A DNA stretch of 64,000 nucleotides from positions 51,026,001 to 51,090,000 of the forward strand of contig OZ320313.1 of assembly GCA_976226885.1 (NCBI GenBank), in the 5' to 3' direction. The notes under the pieces are model-generated. The model was not told the DNA's origin. It saw only the letters and a list, made by a program, of their open reading frames with translations, and searched no databases. A program made the translations under genes and the position numbers. Source of the DNA: Iphione sp. A-MEVVRFRX5. Its lineage: Eukaryota. This document shows, in pieces, positions 61,445 to 64,000 of this stretch; the first letter of the stretch is position 1; the number at the start of each line of letters is the position of its first letter.

Positions 61445-61458
61445 GTTGTCATGGCAAC
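61445..61458. promoter_or_regulatory. RFX X-box-like palindrome GTTGTCATGGCAAC
   Basis: 13/14 match to GTTGCCATGGCAAC. Motif match only. Confidence 0.3.
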
Positions 61459-62989
61459 AGCCACCGAAATTACCTGAGGGGGCATCTAATTTGCTAAATC
61501 CCCCTGACCTGATGTGCTTGATTGGATGGGAGTGACCACCTGACTGTCAACTGGGGGGTAGGGGTCTAGTGGCGGGTTATCAGGTTTGTAAATATCGCAC
61601 ATTACACAGCATGAGACCCTTCCTTTAATCTACAATTACGTTTAGAATATTTCCCCAAACAGAGTACTTTATTATTTGTTTATACCAACATAGTGTGTTA
61701 TCTGTTTGTGAACAGGATAGGTTGTCTGTAGATAATTTGCTGATGCCTTCATAGCGGCATTGTTTGGTAGAGCTTTGCCTTTTTGGAGAAGGCGACAAAG
61801 GAAAAGGGAAACTCTGTAGGAAAAGCAACCCATCATCACTTTAACCCCTTCCTGACTGCAAAAAGTAAAGGTTTTGGAATAGATAACTGATATTCCATGT
61901 TTAGCTGTAGGATGCAATACATGAGGTACACTCTAATGTTATATATCATATAAAAGCCCATGAATTGCATGATATTTTGAAAACATTATCATTTCACATA
62001 TTTGGATACCATGGCAAGAAGACAGGACATCTACATTACCCTAATTTACATTGCTTCAAGGCAAACCCTAATAAATATTGCTCATAGAAGAAAATGTTCA
62101 ATTAAGACAGTGTTTAGCAGGTGATTTCTCTTGTTCTAAATCCTAATTTGTCTCTGTTTGTAATCTGGAACACATTTTGCCATTACCTGTATGTACATGT
62201 AAACATATTTCCTGAAAAAGTAATGCATCACCATACACATTGCCATGACTGATGTAAATTTGATGCATCATGGGATTTGGCAAAAAGAGACACAATAACA
62301 ATTGGTTAAAAAGTACAAAAAATCATGAATTTCCTCATCATTTTTATGGCAGATATCCAGTCTTTATTGCAAAAAGATTCTATGTAATGATAAAAAATAT
62401 TATGTAAGAGTCACATGTTATTTCATGACCTAATAATGAAGATTATATGACATTGTATACTTTATTTTTAGTATTGTTCTCACTTATCTCATTTAAAGCT
62501 TCTGCTAAGCTGTAGGGATAAACCCTGCAGTGTTCTATAGGAATAGTTTGATAATATTACTATTATTTTTCAGTTATTTAAATATTTAATACATAATTAT
62601 AACTATATTAATTATAACTATAATTATCTACAATATTAATTATAACTATAATTATCTACAAAAATAAGTGAACATGGTGAACTTTGAGGTTCTTACAGGT
62701 CATGTGACTGGTTTTCCATGGTAACCATGTGTATTTTGTAGAATGTAAAGTAACCACAGGTAGCCTTACAATATATTCTTCCTTTCTGCTAAAAATAAAA
62801 GACATCCATGAAATATTAACAACTACCCTGAAAATTATCCATGATATATGATCAGTTTTCCCATTATTGATCTGAAAGGGGTTAGCTCGGTCTTAGGGAG
62901 CACGAAAGTACCTGGAGCTCATGCAGATGTTCTTGCCAGTCAGAATACCATGGCAACAGAAGTTGATCCACTGAGTCGAGTGTCACTTA

Positions 62990-63041
62990 GGCCTTATAAA
63001 ACAAAGTTCTGTATTTCTGGTGACCCAACCGACCCTACATT
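62990..63041 (+). mobile_element. Solo terminal fragment of MITE family 2
   Basis: TTA|GGCCTTATAAAACAAAGTTCTGTATTTCTGGTGACCCAACCGACCCTA matches the reverse complement of the family-2 right end. Confidence 0.6.
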
Positions 63042-64000
63042 AGAGTCAATGATGATTTTTTTTTAGTATCTCCAGATTGAATAGGGATATAGAAATATTC
63101 TTTACACCGATTTCCTCCTTATAGTCTTAGCTTTCATTAAAATCCAAGAAGTAGAAGTAATATATTCATATACATTTGTAGCTCTCAGTATGAACTAGCA
63201 CTGGAAAAAAGAGGAAACGAAAAAAATGACAACTACCAACCAACCGTCAATTTTTTCAAGCAAGGATGAACTATTATTTATTATGGTTAATTACAAATTT
63301 GTATATGCTGTCTATATGTCATCCAAAAAAGTATACCAAAACACGTAAAGGAGAGGCAATTCAGCTAACCTTTGAGCGTCCACGTAATCAAACATATTGT
63401 AAGAGTTTTTGATACAGGTTATCAATAATTGGAATACCCTACAAATAAAGGGCCCTGTTGTAAATGAAGGCAAAATAAGGAAAAGCATAAAGTCTCTGCC
63501 ACTTTTGTGAGATGTGTTTTATCAGCCATCAAGATCAGGAGATGCTCCAAGGTGAGCAACATACTGTAAAAATCTATCAATGATGATTGCTGTTGTTCAA
63601 TAAAGATATATATTTTTTCAATTCAATTCAAAAAGTGAGACCACCCCTGTCGGGAGGAGAGAAAACAGTTCTAAACTTATCAGATCGCACAGTCGTTGCA
63701 TAGCAAGGTGCGGAGTGTGTTGTATACAAAACAGAAAAGGAATAGACACAAATAAAGGGCCAAACCAAGTGTGGAGATCCAACGTTTGGCATTAATCTCT
63801 GTTTGCCAATCTGTTTCACTATGTACCATACAAAGTATATTCTGGCTGGTTTAGGAATGATCAAATCCATTGCTGCATGTCTCATATAATCTATATCAAC
63901 GCACCTAAGTTGTACTGTTATACATGAATCCATTTATTCTTGCATATGTGGGTACCAGTTGTAATTTGCAAATTCGCAGTGAATAGTAAATATTTATATT

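Overview
This is eukaryotic (animal, probably marine invertebrate) genomic DNA that is AT-rich and transposon-dense, with no confidently identifiable host gene, rRNA, true tRNA or CRISPR array. Two nearly intact autonomous-type elements dominate. (1) A 4.8-kb tyrosine-recombinase retrotransposon of the Ngaro/split-direct-repeat type (37254-42038, minus strand) carries gag-like, RT/RNase H and YR ORFs. It shows a candidate -1 ribosomal frameshift signal (gag to pol) and a phase-compatible splice that would join gag to YR. (2) A 9.0-kb PIF/Harbinger DNA transposon (50850-59810, 16-bp TIRs, CAG TSD) has a 4-exon transposase gene that appears interleaved antisense with a 6-exon Myb/SANT gene. It also carries an extra spliced gene nested inside, and the hexamer TCGTAA/TTACGA is strongly enriched along its whole length. 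The rest comprises three MITE families, a tRNA-derived SINE, decayed Penelope, LINE and Harbinger remnants, a 61-bp minisatellite and microsatellites. All gene models and counts were made by eye and need computational or RNA confirmation. Most short ORFs in the supplied track are spurious.
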